NCBI GenBank assembly: GCA_043817315.1
Contig: JBDRGY010000001.1
Coordinates: 154,550-218,549 of the forward strand
Origin: Patescibacteria group bacterium
GTDB taxonomy: Bacteria; Patescibacteriota; Patescibacteriia; JBDRGY01
Length of the DNA stretch: 64,000 nt
Direction of reading: 5' to 3'
A model generated the notes under the pieces. The model did not search any database. It saw nothing but the letters and a program-made list of their open reading frames with translations, and had not been told where the DNA came from. Below, one piece after another: positions 39,070-47,727 of this stretch. The first letter of the stretch is position 1, and each line of letters opens with the position of its first letter. A program made the position numbers and the translations under genes.

Positions 39070-40290
39070 TTATATGACGCTACTTAAGTTGTACATTGGC
39101 ATGATGATAGCAGCAGCAATGGCTGCAATGGCAACCCCCAAAACGATCATCAGAATCGGTTCGATAATTACAGTAAGATTTGACATAGTCTGGTCAATAT
39201 CCTCTTCGTAAAACACTGCAATTTCCTCGGTGATGGTATCAAGAGTTCCTGATTCTTCTCCTACCGAAATCATCTGAGTTACTACCGGAGGAAACAAAGC
39301 AGGATCTTTTTTGAGAATATTTTTTAAAGGCTCGCCCTTCTCTAAATCTTTGCCGACTTCCAGCACGAACTGGCGATAAATAACATTTCCCAATGTCTGA
39401 GCAATTATATTAAAGGATTGAACGATTGGAATATCAGTTTTCAAGAGAGAGCTGAGGGTTCTGGTAAACCTGGCTAAATTTACCTTTTTAATAATACTGC
39501 CTGCTATCGGAGTTTTGAGTAGGATACGATGAAAAAAATGTTTTCCTTTTTTGGTGGCAATAGTCCTTTGTAAACCAATAATTATTGCTACCAAGCTGAC
39601 CAGAAAAACAATTGTATTTCCAGCCATGAATTTACTGGCAGTAATTAGGATTTGGGTCATAAGCGGCAGGGCGGCATCCATCTCTTCGTAGATTGAAGTT
39701 ATCTTAGGAATGACGAAAATCATTGCGAAAATGCCGATACCTAACATAGCCACAACGATAATTAGCGGATAAATCATGGCTCCTCGAACTTTTGATTTGA
39801 GAGTGTGGTCCTTTTTCATTTGAATGGTTATTCTTTTCAGCATTTGTTCCAATTTACCGCTGACCTCGCCTGCCTCAATCATGCTAACAAATATCGGGGG
39901 AAAGACTTTGGGATATTTGCGTAGGGCCTTGGAAAGAGAGATTCCGCCTTCTACGCTTTTTTTCAAATCAACTAATATTTTCTTAAACTTCTTGTTACTG
40001 GTTTGTTCCGACATAGCTTGGAGGGCCACGCTAGCGGAAAAACCGGTTCTGATCATCACTTCTAGGTTCTGAGTAAAAAATATCTTGTCAACTTGCGTTA
40101 CATTACTAAAACGTTCGGCAAGAGTAAATTTAATATTGTTTTTAGCCGGTGTTCCTTTTTCTTCGAAAGAATCCAAAGTCAAACCTTGCTCAGCTAGCTT
40201 ATTTTTCAGCTCATCCGAGTCCTGACATTCCAGCTCACCTACTATTTCTTTATCCTGATCATTTCTTGCTTTGTAGTTGAATTCTGTCAT
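39070..40290 (-). CDS. pilC: Type IV pilus platform protein PilC (GspF family)
   Basis: 406 aa with two GspF repeats and 3 TM helices. Confidence 0.85.
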   Translation of the reverse strand: MTEFNYKARNDQDKEIVGELECQDSDELKNKLAEQGLTLDSFEEKGTPAKNNIKFTLAERFSNVTQVDKIFFTQNLEVMIRTGFSASVALQAMSEQTSNKKFKKILVDLKKSVEGGISLSKALRKYPKVFPPIFVSMIEAGEVSGKLEQMLKRITIQMKKDHTLKSKVRGAMIYPLIIVVAMLGIGIFAMIFVIPKITSIYEEMDAALPLMTQILITASKFMAGNTIVFLVSLVAIIIGLQRTIATKKGKHFFHRILLKTPIAGSIIKKVNLARFTRTLSSLLKTDIPIVQSFNIIAQTLGNVIYRQFVLEVGKDLEKGEPLKNILKKDPALFPPVVTQMISVGEESGTLDTITEEIAVFYEEDIDQTMSNLTVIIEPILMIVLGVAIAAIAAAIIMPMYNLSSVI

Positions 40291-42024
40291 TTATTCCTTG
40301 GTTACTCTTAAAATCTCCTCGATGGTTGTAATGCCGTTCTTGGCTTTAATAAATCCATCCTCTAATATGCTAATCATATTGTGTTCATGAGCCGCCTTAG
40401 TCACTTTTTCTTCGGAGGCTTTGTTGAGCAATAAATCAGCAATCTGCGGGGTTATTTCTAAAACTTCGTATATTCCGATTCTCCCTTTATACCCTTCATT
40501 GTTACATTTTTTACAACCCCTCCCCTTAAAGAAGAGTAAATCTTTTAAAGGCAGGGAAGCAGACTGAATAGCCTCTTCTCGTTCTAGTGTTTTCAGTATT
40601 TGGTCAACATCAACGTCCTTTCGCAGTTCCTCTATTTGGGTTTTTGTCAGATTATAGCTCATAATGCAATAGGGACAAATCCTTCTGACTAGCCGCTGGG
40701 CAATAACCAGGTTAGTGGTTGAAGCTATTAAAAATGATGGTACATTCATTTCAGACATTCGGGTGGGTGCACCCACTGCATCGTTGGTATGTAGGGTTGA
40801 AAGAACCAAATGTCCAGTCATAGCGGCGTGTGACGCTATTTCGGCGGTCTCTTTATCTCTGATTTCTCCAACCATAACTATGTCCGGGTCTTGACGCAAA
40901 ATTGATCTTAAACCGGCAGAAAAAGAAAAACCAATCTTGGGATTTATTTGGCTTTGGTTAATATGGGTGATTCGATATTCAATAGGATCCTCGATAGTGG
41001 CGATGTTAACGCCAGGGGAGTTCAGTATATTTAGGATGGTATAAAGAGTGGTAGTTTTTCCTGATCCGGTTGGTCCAGTTACCAGTATAATACCGTGGGG
41101 AGCCTTGATATTTCTTTTGATGATATCTAAAGGATTAGCCAGCAATCCCAATTGCTCCAGGGTTAGGACTTGAGCCGATTCATTGAGTAGGCGCAAAACG
41201 ATTTTCTCACCATCATAGATAGGCATGATAGAAACTCGGAAAGCAACTTTGTATTCATCGGTTTCAACTTTAAAGCGACCGTCCTGGGGCAGGCGGTGTT
41301 CGTCCAGTTTCAAGTTGGAGAGGATTTTAATTCTAGCCACTACTCCGTTTTGGATTTTTTTAGGTAGAGTCATTACTTGACGCAAAATGCCATCAATCCG
41401 GTAACGAACAATCACTTCTTTCTCAGTTGGCTCGATATGTATATCGGATGCGTTTTCAAAAATAGCGTATTCCAAAAGTGTGTCCACTATTCTGATGACC
41501 GGCAAATCTTGGGCCAGTTCTTTTAGGTCTTTCTCTTCTCTTGCTTTTTCTTCTGGTTTTTTTTCTTCAGTAAATTCAGCAAACTTCGCCTTGATTCCCT
41601 TGTGAAACTGTTTGATGGCATCGTTTATTCCCGAGGGAGTGGTGATATGAATATCCAATTCCTGCCCAGTCTTTTTTTTGATAAATTCAAAAGTTTCCAG
41701 ATCATTAGGATCCAGAGTGGCAATTTTTAGGGTATTATCGGTTTTATCAAAGACTATTAGCTTGTGAGTCTGAACAATCGGTTCAGGTAATATGGTGAGA
41801 ATATCTTTCCGAATAGTTTGGTTTTTTAAATCAATAAAAGGCAACTTAAAAGAGGTGGCAATAGTTTCAAAAAGAGTTTGTTCCGGTACAATTTTTTCCT
41901 TTAGAATCAGTTCCTGTAAAGAAACATCACTGCTTTTAGTTTTGGCCTTAAGTCGCTCCAATTCCTCTTTTTTCAGAAGATTGGACTTAATTAAAATGCT
42001 TTCCAGTTGTTTTCCAGAAATCAT
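40291..42024 (-). CDS. pilB: Type IV pilus assembly ATPase PilB (GspE family)
   Basis: Walker A GPTGSGKTT, Asp box, His box, a Cys tetrad (CPYC...CKKC) and an N-terminal GSPII_E_N domain. Confidence 0.9.
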   Translation of the reverse strand: MISGKQLESILIKSNLLKKEELERLKAKTKSSDVSLQELILKEKIVPEQTLFETIATSFKLPFIDLKNQTIRKDILTILPEPIVQTHKLIVFDKTDNTLKIATLDPNDLETFEFIKKKTGQELDIHITTPSGINDAIKQFHKGIKAKFAEFTEEKKPEEKAREEKDLKELAQDLPVIRIVDTLLEYAIFENASDIHIEPTEKEVIVRYRIDGILRQVMTLPKKIQNGVVARIKILSNLKLDEHRLPQDGRFKVETDEYKVAFRVSIMPIYDGEKIVLRLLNESAQVLTLEQLGLLANPLDIIKRNIKAPHGIILVTGPTGSGKTTTLYTILNILNSPGVNIATIEDPIEYRITHINQSQINPKIGFSFSAGLRSILRQDPDIVMVGEIRDKETAEIASHAAMTGHLVLSTLHTNDAVGAPTRMSEMNVPSFLIASTTNLVIAQRLVRRICPYCIMSYNLTKTQIEELRKDVDVDQILKTLEREEAIQSASLPLKDLLFFKGRGCKKCNNEGYKGRIGIYEVLEITPQIADLLLNKASEEKVTKAAHEHNMISILEDGFIKAKNGITTIEEILRVTKE

Positions 42025-42050
42025 TGATATTTTTTAAGTTTACTAGCTAT

Positions 42051-42079
42051 ATTATATCACATAACAGGACTTTAGTCAA
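42051..42079 (-). promoter_or_regulatory. Consensus sigma-70 promoter for the pilus operon (TTGACT-17-TATAAT on minus strand)
   Basis: Minus strand reads TTGACTaaagtcctgttatgtgaTATAAT. The -10 element ends about 27 nt upstream of the pilB ATG. Confidence 0.6.
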
Positions 42080-42087
42080 TTATAAAA

Positions 42088-42112
42088 AGACCAGAGGCAT
42101 ATCCGGTCTTGT
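42088..42112 (-). terminator. Intrinsic terminator after the PMT-like gene (minus strand)
   Basis: Minus strand reads CAAGACCggatatgcctctGGTCTTtttataa: 6-7 bp stem followed by a T-run. Confidence 0.45.
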
Positions 42113-42149
42113 AGTCAGTAATCTTTAGCTGGGCAAGGATGCAAATAAA

Positions 42150-43928
42150 CTAGATTTGGTATATCCAAATAGAGTGGCTAATAGTTGCTATGGGTTGATA
42201 TTGTTCTAACCAAGAAAACTCTTTTTCTTTGGAAAGAAGTGCTGTAACTGAGATGGCAATGTGACCGTGCCAGTCCGGCAACGTAGCAATCTCTTGATTA
42301 TTCGGCGGTGACTCCCAATTAACATCGTAGGACCGGGGATCAACCGAGCCAAAGTAATGAAGGTAAATTGAATCGAGTCCATTGGCATCCATGTAGTTCT
42401 TTAATTGAATCAAGCCTTGTCCCCAGTCAATATTGGAGTCAGTAAGATAGCGGTGACCACGTTGTGGTCCCCCCACTAGTTCCTGAAAATATGAAAGGTA
42501 GTGAGGGTAGATCCAAAACGAGGAAATCAATAGTTGAATACAAAGTAGGGCGGCAATGCCGGTCAAGATTTTTTGATTTTTTAGCAAGCGTCCTAGAAAT
42601 AAAGCTATAAAGATAAAGATGAAGGGGAAGATGGGTAATAGATGTCTTATGCCAATATTTAATTTGCTGCTTAGGGTCCAGCCGAAATAAAAGGTGATCG
42701 AGATAAATAATGCCCAATAAACAAAAGGAACTAAATCCAAAAACGATTTAATTTTGGTTACTAACTTTTGAGTAGTACCTTTTAATTTATCCTTAGTTCT
42801 ATTGACACCTCGAAGGAACAGAAAAACTGTTGAAAAAATAATTAATAAGGTGATTGCGATTGGAGTTTTGACTAGAAAAGCAATTGGGAAATAATACCAC
42901 CAGCCAAAATCAGAATGTTGACCCAGGAGGTAAGAGGTGTGCCCAAAGTGATTGTGGCGTGCCAAAAGATAAAAACCCTTGAAATAAGAAAAACCAGGGA
43001 CCGGAACTTCATGGGAAAACCATTTGATAAATTTTCCGATTAGCTTTTCGGGATCAGTTTGTTTATACCAAAAGCGAGGGAAGCTATTTTGTTGTTCTAA
43101 GTATTCTTCATCCAACCAATGAGGCAGATTTTGATAATAATCAGAAACCAGAGGATCTTCAATTGTTGTTTTCAGTTCAAATCCGTAAAATGAAATGATT
43201 AGGAAATAAGTAATGATAAAAATGAGGGCGAAGGCTCCAAAGAATTTTTTGAAGCTAAAACGACTTGGGGGGTAGTAGATCAAAAATAAGGTGATCAAAA
43301 TGGGAATTAGGATCACCGAAGAAAATTTGGTAAGGCTAGCACCGGCAAAGGCGAGGGCCACGTATACTAAATTCTTCCAATTCGATTTCTTTAAATAGTT
43401 CAACCAAAGATAGATTGTTAAAAAGATGAAAAAGGTAATGGGAATATCAGTGGTAACATAGCGGGAATGAGCTATGATATTAGGGTTAAAGGCGTATAGG
43501 ATTAAGGCCAAAAAGGCAGTCTTGGTGTTAAAGTACTTTCTGGTAAATTTGAAAATTATAAAACCAAGTAGTAAACTAAATAACATCGTCGGTAATCTGC
43601 CCAAGCCAAGTATTAATCGGTTGGAAACTCTGTTGTTGTGAATTAGCTGTCTGGCGTATTCCCATTGATTATCATCATAGGCGTCAGTATCGAATTTATC
43701 GTCCAGATCAAGGAAAAGTAGGGGAATAGCAGCCAGGTATTTAGACAGCGGTGGATGTTCAGGGTTTAATTCGAAGTTTAGATCTTTAAGATAGGCATAG
43801 CCGGAGGATAAATGCACTCCTTCATCAATTGTTTGAGATTCATTGGTAGCTGAAGAAACCTCCAGCCAGAACATGGCTGATAGTATCAGTGCTACAAAGA
43901 GAAAAATAATTCTTTTAGATGATTTCAT
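42150..43928 (-). CDS. GT-C glycosyltransferase, PMT/ArnT-like (GT39/GT83 family; dolichyl/undecaprenyl-phosphate-sugar dependent)
   Basis: First loop DEGVHLSSGYAYL...NPEHPPLSKYL matches the PMT DE-x-H ... HPPL-x-K signature. 592 aa with more than 10 TM helices. Confidence 0.75.
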   Translation of the reverse strand: MKSSKRIIFLFVALILSAMFWLEVSSATNESQTIDEGVHLSSGYAYLKDLNFELNPEHPPLSKYLAAIPLLFLDLDDKFDTDAYDDNQWEYARQLIHNNRVSNRLILGLGRLPTMLFSLLLGFIIFKFTRKYFNTKTAFLALILYAFNPNIIAHSRYVTTDIPITFFIFLTIYLWLNYLKKSNWKNLVYVALAFAGASLTKFSSVILIPILITLFLIYYPPSRFSFKKFFGAFALIFIITYFLIISFYGFELKTTIEDPLVSDYYQNLPHWLDEEYLEQQNSFPRFWYKQTDPEKLIGKFIKWFSHEVPVPGFSYFKGFYLLARHNHFGHTSYLLGQHSDFGWWYYFPIAFLVKTPIAITLLIIFSTVFLFLRGVNRTKDKLKGTTQKLVTKIKSFLDLVPFVYWALFISITFYFGWTLSSKLNIGIRHLLPIFPFIFIFIALFLGRLLKNQKILTGIAALLCIQLLISSFWIYPHYLSYFQELVGGPQRGHRYLTDSNIDWGQGLIQLKNYMDANGLDSIYLHYFGSVDPRSYDVNWESPPNNQEIATLPDWHGHIAISVTALLSKEKEFSWLEQYQPIATISHSIWIYQI

Positions 43929-44281
43929 TTGGAAAAAAAATCTTAGCGAAAAAAAGCAGTAGAAATATTATTTATATAATATTATCAGGTGTTTTGGTAA
44001 ATGTAAGCAACTGGATATATTTAGCTATTACATTACAGCCCAAGTCAGAACCAATTCCGCTTCATTATAACATCTACTTTGGCATCGATCTAATTGGAGT
44101 GTGGTATAATATGTATGCCATGCCCTTTTCCGGCCTGCTGATAATCGGGATTAACATTTGGTTGTTAAAGATTGTAAAGCCAAAGGATGTTTTGACCAAA
44201 TATTTTTTGGCAGCCGGCCTAACCTTTGCTCAAGTTATTCTGTTGCTGGCCACCGTATATATAATTACCCAAACCGGATAA
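43919..44281 (+). CDS. Small membrane protein upstream of mraY, hypothetical
   Basis: 120 aa with 4 hydrophobic segments. Confidence 0.4.
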   Translation: MISFGKKILAKKSSRNIIYIILSGVLVNVSNWIYLAITLQPKSEPIPLHYNIYFGIDLIGVWYNMYAMPFSGLLIIGINIWLLKIVKPKDVLTKYFLAAGLTFAQVILLLATVYIITQTG

Positions 44282-45343
44282 ATGGACTTTTTAGAAGATT
44301 TCGGGATTATTAAAATATTCTTGATGACGGCTTTGTCATTTGTCTTGGCTATATCCTGGACACCCTTGCTGTCTCATTTTTTGTATAAATATAAAATGGG
44401 AAAGACCATTCGCGATATTAAAAGCGCCCCTATTTTTTCCAAACTTCACCGGAAGAAATCAGGAACTCCGACTATGGGTGGTATGTTGATTTGGGTAACT
44501 ACTTTATTGTTGGCCGCCTTATTTTGGATATTAGCCCGGGCTACCGACGTTGAGCTGTTTGATAAGCTAAACTTTTTGACCCGACCCCAGACTTTATTGC
44601 CTTTGGGTGCCTTGGTGGTATCAGCCATTATTGGGTTGGTAGACGATTACTTCAACACACGCAAGATAGGGGATAACGGCGGAGGGATGAAGATGAAGAT
44701 CAGAATTATGCTTTATACCGCTATTGCCATAGGGGGTGCTTATTGGTTTTTCTATAAGCTAGACTGGGATTTGATCCATGTGCCTTTTGTCGGTAACTTC
44801 GAGATTGGATTCTGGTACATTCCAATCTTCATATTTATTATTGTAGCCACCTCTTTTTCGGTTAATGAATCAGATGGTCTTGATGGTTTAGCCGGTGGGG
44901 TTTTACTAATCTGTTTTGGTGCATTTGGTATCATAGCTTTTGCCCAGGGTAAAACCGATTTGGCAACTTTCTGTGGAGTTATCTCCGGGGCCTTGTTGGC
45001 TTTTTTATGGTTCAATATACCCCCAGCTCGTTTTTTTATGGGCGACACTGGTTCTATGGGTTTGGGGGTTACTTTGGGCATTGTGGCTATGCTGACCAAC
45101 TATGCCTTATTATTGCCCATTATCGGTTTAGTCTTGGTTCTGGAATCTTCATCGGTCATCATTCAATCTGCCTCTAAAAAATTTCGGAAAAAGAAGGTGT
45201 TTCTCTCTACCCCGATTCATCATCATTACGAAGCTATTGGTTGGCCCGAGAGTAAGATTGTGATGCGTTTCTGGGTGATTACCGGAGTGATGGCCATGAT
45301 TGGATTGGTAATCGTATTTATGGAGCGCGGATTCACTTTTTAG
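44282..45343 (+). CDS. mraY: Phospho-N-acetylmuramoyl-pentapeptide transferase
   Basis: DGLDGLAGG and FMGDTGSMGLG motifs. 353 aa with about 10 TM helices. Confidence 0.95.
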   Translation: MDFLEDFGIIKIFLMTALSFVLAISWTPLLSHFLYKYKMGKTIRDIKSAPIFSKLHRKKSGTPTMGGMLIWVTTLLLAALFWILARATDVELFDKLNFLTRPQTLLPLGALVVSAIIGLVDDYFNTRKIGDNGGGMKMKIRIMLYTAIAIGGAYWFFYKLDWDLIHVPFVGNFEIGFWYIPIFIFIIVATSFSVNESDGLDGLAGGVLLICFGAFGIIAFAQGKTDLATFCGVISGALLAFLWFNIPPARFFMGDTGSMGLGVTLGIVAMLTNYALLLPIIGLVLVLESSSVIIQSASKKFRKKKVFLSTPIHHHYEAIGWPESKIVMRFWVITGVMAMIGLVIVFMERGFTF

Positions 45344-45360
45344 AATTTAGCTAAAAAAAT

Positions 45361-45389
45361 AAGGGCTCGTACTTACGAACCCTTTTTTG
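45361..45389 (+). terminator. Intrinsic terminator after mraY
   Basis: aaGGGCTCGTacttACGAACCCttttttg: 8-9 bp stem with one mismatch, followed by a T-run. Confidence 0.55.
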
Positions 45390-45432
45390 ATTGAACCGTC
45401 TTTACTAAATAAATAAGCCAAATCTTCTCAAA

Positions 45433-45460
45433 TTAAAAAGGGCACATGTTTCGTGCCCTT
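45433..45460 (-). terminator. Intrinsic terminator of the GC-rich island-1 gene (minus strand)
   Basis: Minus strand reads AAGGGCACgaaacatGTGCCCTTtttaa: perfect 8-bp stem 12 nt after the stop codon. Confidence 0.65.
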
Positions 45461-45471
45461 AGGGTAGAGAA

Positions 45472-46134
45472 CTACTTGCGGCGGCTGCGAACGATCAAGA
45501 CCACCAGACCGACTAGACAAACTACGGCGATGATCCAGATACCGGTTCGGTTGCTACCGGTCTCCTCAGCCTCCTGTAGCCTGACATACTGCGGGTACTC
45601 GCTGGCCACAGTTCCCGACTGCTTCCTGAAGCCGACACTTTGATGGATCCAGCCGGTCTTCTTGGGATCAAAGCGGACCTTGAACCATTGACCCTGTTTT
45701 TCCACAATGGTCAGTTCGTCGGCCTTCTTGACCTTGGCGTAGTGCTGGACAGCCTTGTCTCCCCAGACCCGGCCAATCTCGGTTGCCTCTCGTGAATTCC
45801 GATCGCGAATAATGGCTCGATAGGCGGTCACATGAAAGACGTGTTTGGGAACCTGCTCGCTGAACAGCTGGTAGGGATTGTCGTCAGTGTCGTAGAGAAC
45901 CTTGAGGTTGTCATCGGCCAGAGGCAGCGTGGTCGGTTGAGCCAAGTCTCCCCTGATCTCGGTACCACCGGTAAAGGCAGCCGAAGTGGTGGTAAAGTGA
46001 CATCCCAGACACTCAACGACTTTATGCATCTGCGAGTTATCTTCGCTGATGACACAGCGCTGGTTCGGCTCCAGGTTGATGGACACAACGGCCAGACAGA
46101 GCACGGCCGCTACCAAGAAGCTAAGCTTCCTCAT
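45472..46134 (-). CDS. Secreted/anchored protein of GC-rich island 1, with signal peptide, CxxCH motif, SH3b-like domain, and C-terminal TM plus basic tail
   Basis: MRKLSFLVAAVLCLAVVS signal peptide. VECLGCH (CxxCH). QGQWFKVRFDPKKTGWIHQSVGF resembles a bacterial SH3b domain. C-terminus ETGSNRTG-IWIIAVVCLVGLVVLIV-RSRRK. Local GC about 55% by hand count versus about 40% host. Confidence 0.6.
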   Translation of the reverse strand: MRKLSFLVAAVLCLAVVSINLEPNQRCVISEDNSQMHKVVECLGCHFTTTSAAFTGGTEIRGDLAQPTTLPLADDNLKVLYDTDDNPYQLFSEQVPKHVFHVTAYRAIIRDRNSREATEIGRVWGDKAVQHYAKVKKADELTIVEKQGQWFKVRFDPKKTGWIHQSVGFRKQSGTVASEYPQYVRLQEAEETGSNRTGIWIIAVVCLVGLVVLIVRSRRK

Positions 46135-46223
46135 CCTGCACCCCCTTCCTAGGGTTTGCCCGACAGTGATATCAGCTGAAAAGAACCAAGAATTAGTATA
46201 TCTTAGCTTAATCAGCTGAGATT

Positions 46224-46298
46224 TGTCAACCCCGAAGGAAATTTATCAGTCCGCAGAGGAGAAAGGTTATTTAATGAGAAATTTCCCTTCGGGGTCAA
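46224..46298. repeat. Long imperfect inverted repeat / hairpin upstream of murD at the island-1 boundary
   Basis: CAACCCCGAAGGAAATTT ... loop of about 32 nt ... AAATTTCCCTTCGGGGTC: 17-18 bp arms with a single 1-nt indel. Confidence 0.6.
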
Positions 46299-46341
46299 TA
46301 GGTAGAAAAAGACCGAAATTTCTGTTATAATTCTATTTACT

Positions 46342-47727
46342 ATGTTATTTATTGAACTGAAAAACAAAAAGGTAGTTTTGATGGGATTAGGCGTACTGGG
46401 CGGCGGCTTGGGTACTGCTAAATATCTGGCTCAATCAGGAGCCAGGCTTTTAATTACAGACCTGAAATCAGCCAAAGAACTGAAAGATTCTTTGAAAGAA
46501 TTGAAAAAATATAGAAACATTCGATACGTATTGGGCCAACATCGCCAGCAGGATTTTCGGGGTAAGGATTTAATCGTTAAAAACCCCGGCGTTCCCAATA
46601 ATTCAGCTTATCTTAAAATAGCCAGGAAACATAATATTCCAATTGAGACGGACACCAGCCTTTTCTTTTTGATCAATCAAGGTCCGGTAATCGGTATTAC
46701 TGGCTCCAAAGGAAAATCAACTACTGCCACCCTGGTTTACCAAATATTTAAAGAAGCCAAACGACAACCAGTCCTGGCTGGCAATATCCGGGTATCGGCC
46801 TTATCTCAACTTAAAAAGATTAAGAAGAGAACACCGGTAATCCTAGAATTATCCAGTTGGCAATTGAACAGTATCAAGAAACATAAAAGCAGCCCTTTCG
46901 TTTCTGTCATAACCAATATTTTTCCGGAACATCTGAATCGCTATTCCGGTATTAAGGCGTATGTTGCTGATAAAAAATTAATTTTTCAAAATCAAACGGA
47001 GTCAGATTTTGTTGTTTTAAATAAAGATAATAAAATTACCAGACAACTAGGCCAAGAAGTTGTTTCCCAACGCTATTGGTTTTCCCGGAAATATTTTAGT
47101 GACGAGAACGGCTGCTATATTAAATCGGATTTTATCTTTTTCAGGCAAAATGGCAGAGAGCAAAAGGTAATCAGAGTGGCTGACATTAAAGTAAGGGGGA
47201 CTCACAATCTAGAAAATATTCTAGCCGCGGTTTGTATCGCCAAGATTTACGGCCTGGGTACTAAAAGTGTTCACCGGGCAGTTACTCAGTTTAAGGGATT
47301 AGAAGATCGTTTACAATTGGTAAAAAATTATCATGGCGTCAAATATTATAACGATACCACGGCTACTCATCCGGAAGCAGTGATAGCAGCCCTTGATTCT
47401 TTTGAATCCAAAGTGATTTTAATTGCCGGTGGCGCTGACAAAAAATTGAATTTTGCTGCTTTGGCCAAAAAGATAAAGCAAAGAGCCCGTTTTTTAATTC
47501 TACTCAAAGGGAATGCAAGCAACAAATTACTAAACGAGTTAAATAAGGTAAAATTCAACAACTTGGTAATAGTCGACACTATGCCCAGGGCGGTAAAGGT
47601 GGCTCAGTTTGTGGCGATAGCAAATGATATTGTCTTACTTTCTCCGGGAGCTGCTTCTTTTAACCTATTTATCAACGAATTTGATAGGGGGGGCCAGTTT
47701 AAACAATGCGTCAAAGGCCTAAAGTAA
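46342..47727 (+). CDS. murD: UDP-N-acetylmuramoylalanine--D-glutamate ligase
   Basis: GITGSKGKSTTATLV P-loop and the Mur ligase three-domain layout. Gene order mraY-murD-ftsW-murG. Confidence 0.9.
   Translation: MLFIELKNKKVVLMGLGVLGGGLGTAKYLAQSGARLLITDLKSAKELKDSLKELKKYRNIRYVLGQHRQQDFRGKDLIVKNPGVPNNSAYLKIARKHNIPIETDTSLFFLINQGPVIGITGSKGKSTTATLVYQIFKEAKRQPVLAGNIRVSALSQLKKIKKRTPVILELSSWQLNSIKKHKSSPFVSVITNIFPEHLNRYSGIKAYVADKKLIFQNQTESDFVVLNKDNKITRQLGQEVVSQRYWFSRKYFSDENGCYIKSDFIFFRQNGREQKVIRVADIKVRGTHNLENILAAVCIAKIYGLGTKSVHRAVTQFKGLEDRLQLVKNYHGVKYYNDTTATHPEAVIAALDSFESKVILIAGGADKKLNFAALAKKIKQRARFLILLKGNASNKLLNELNKVKFNNLVIVDTMPRAVKVAQFVAIANDIVLLSPGAASFNLFINEFDRGGQFKQCVKGLK

Noticed and set aside
45472-46134. 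Calling the island-1 protein a c-type cytochrome
   Set aside because: A single CxxCH can occur by chance. No heme-lyase system is visible in the window. It is kept only as a flagged motif, not a functional call.
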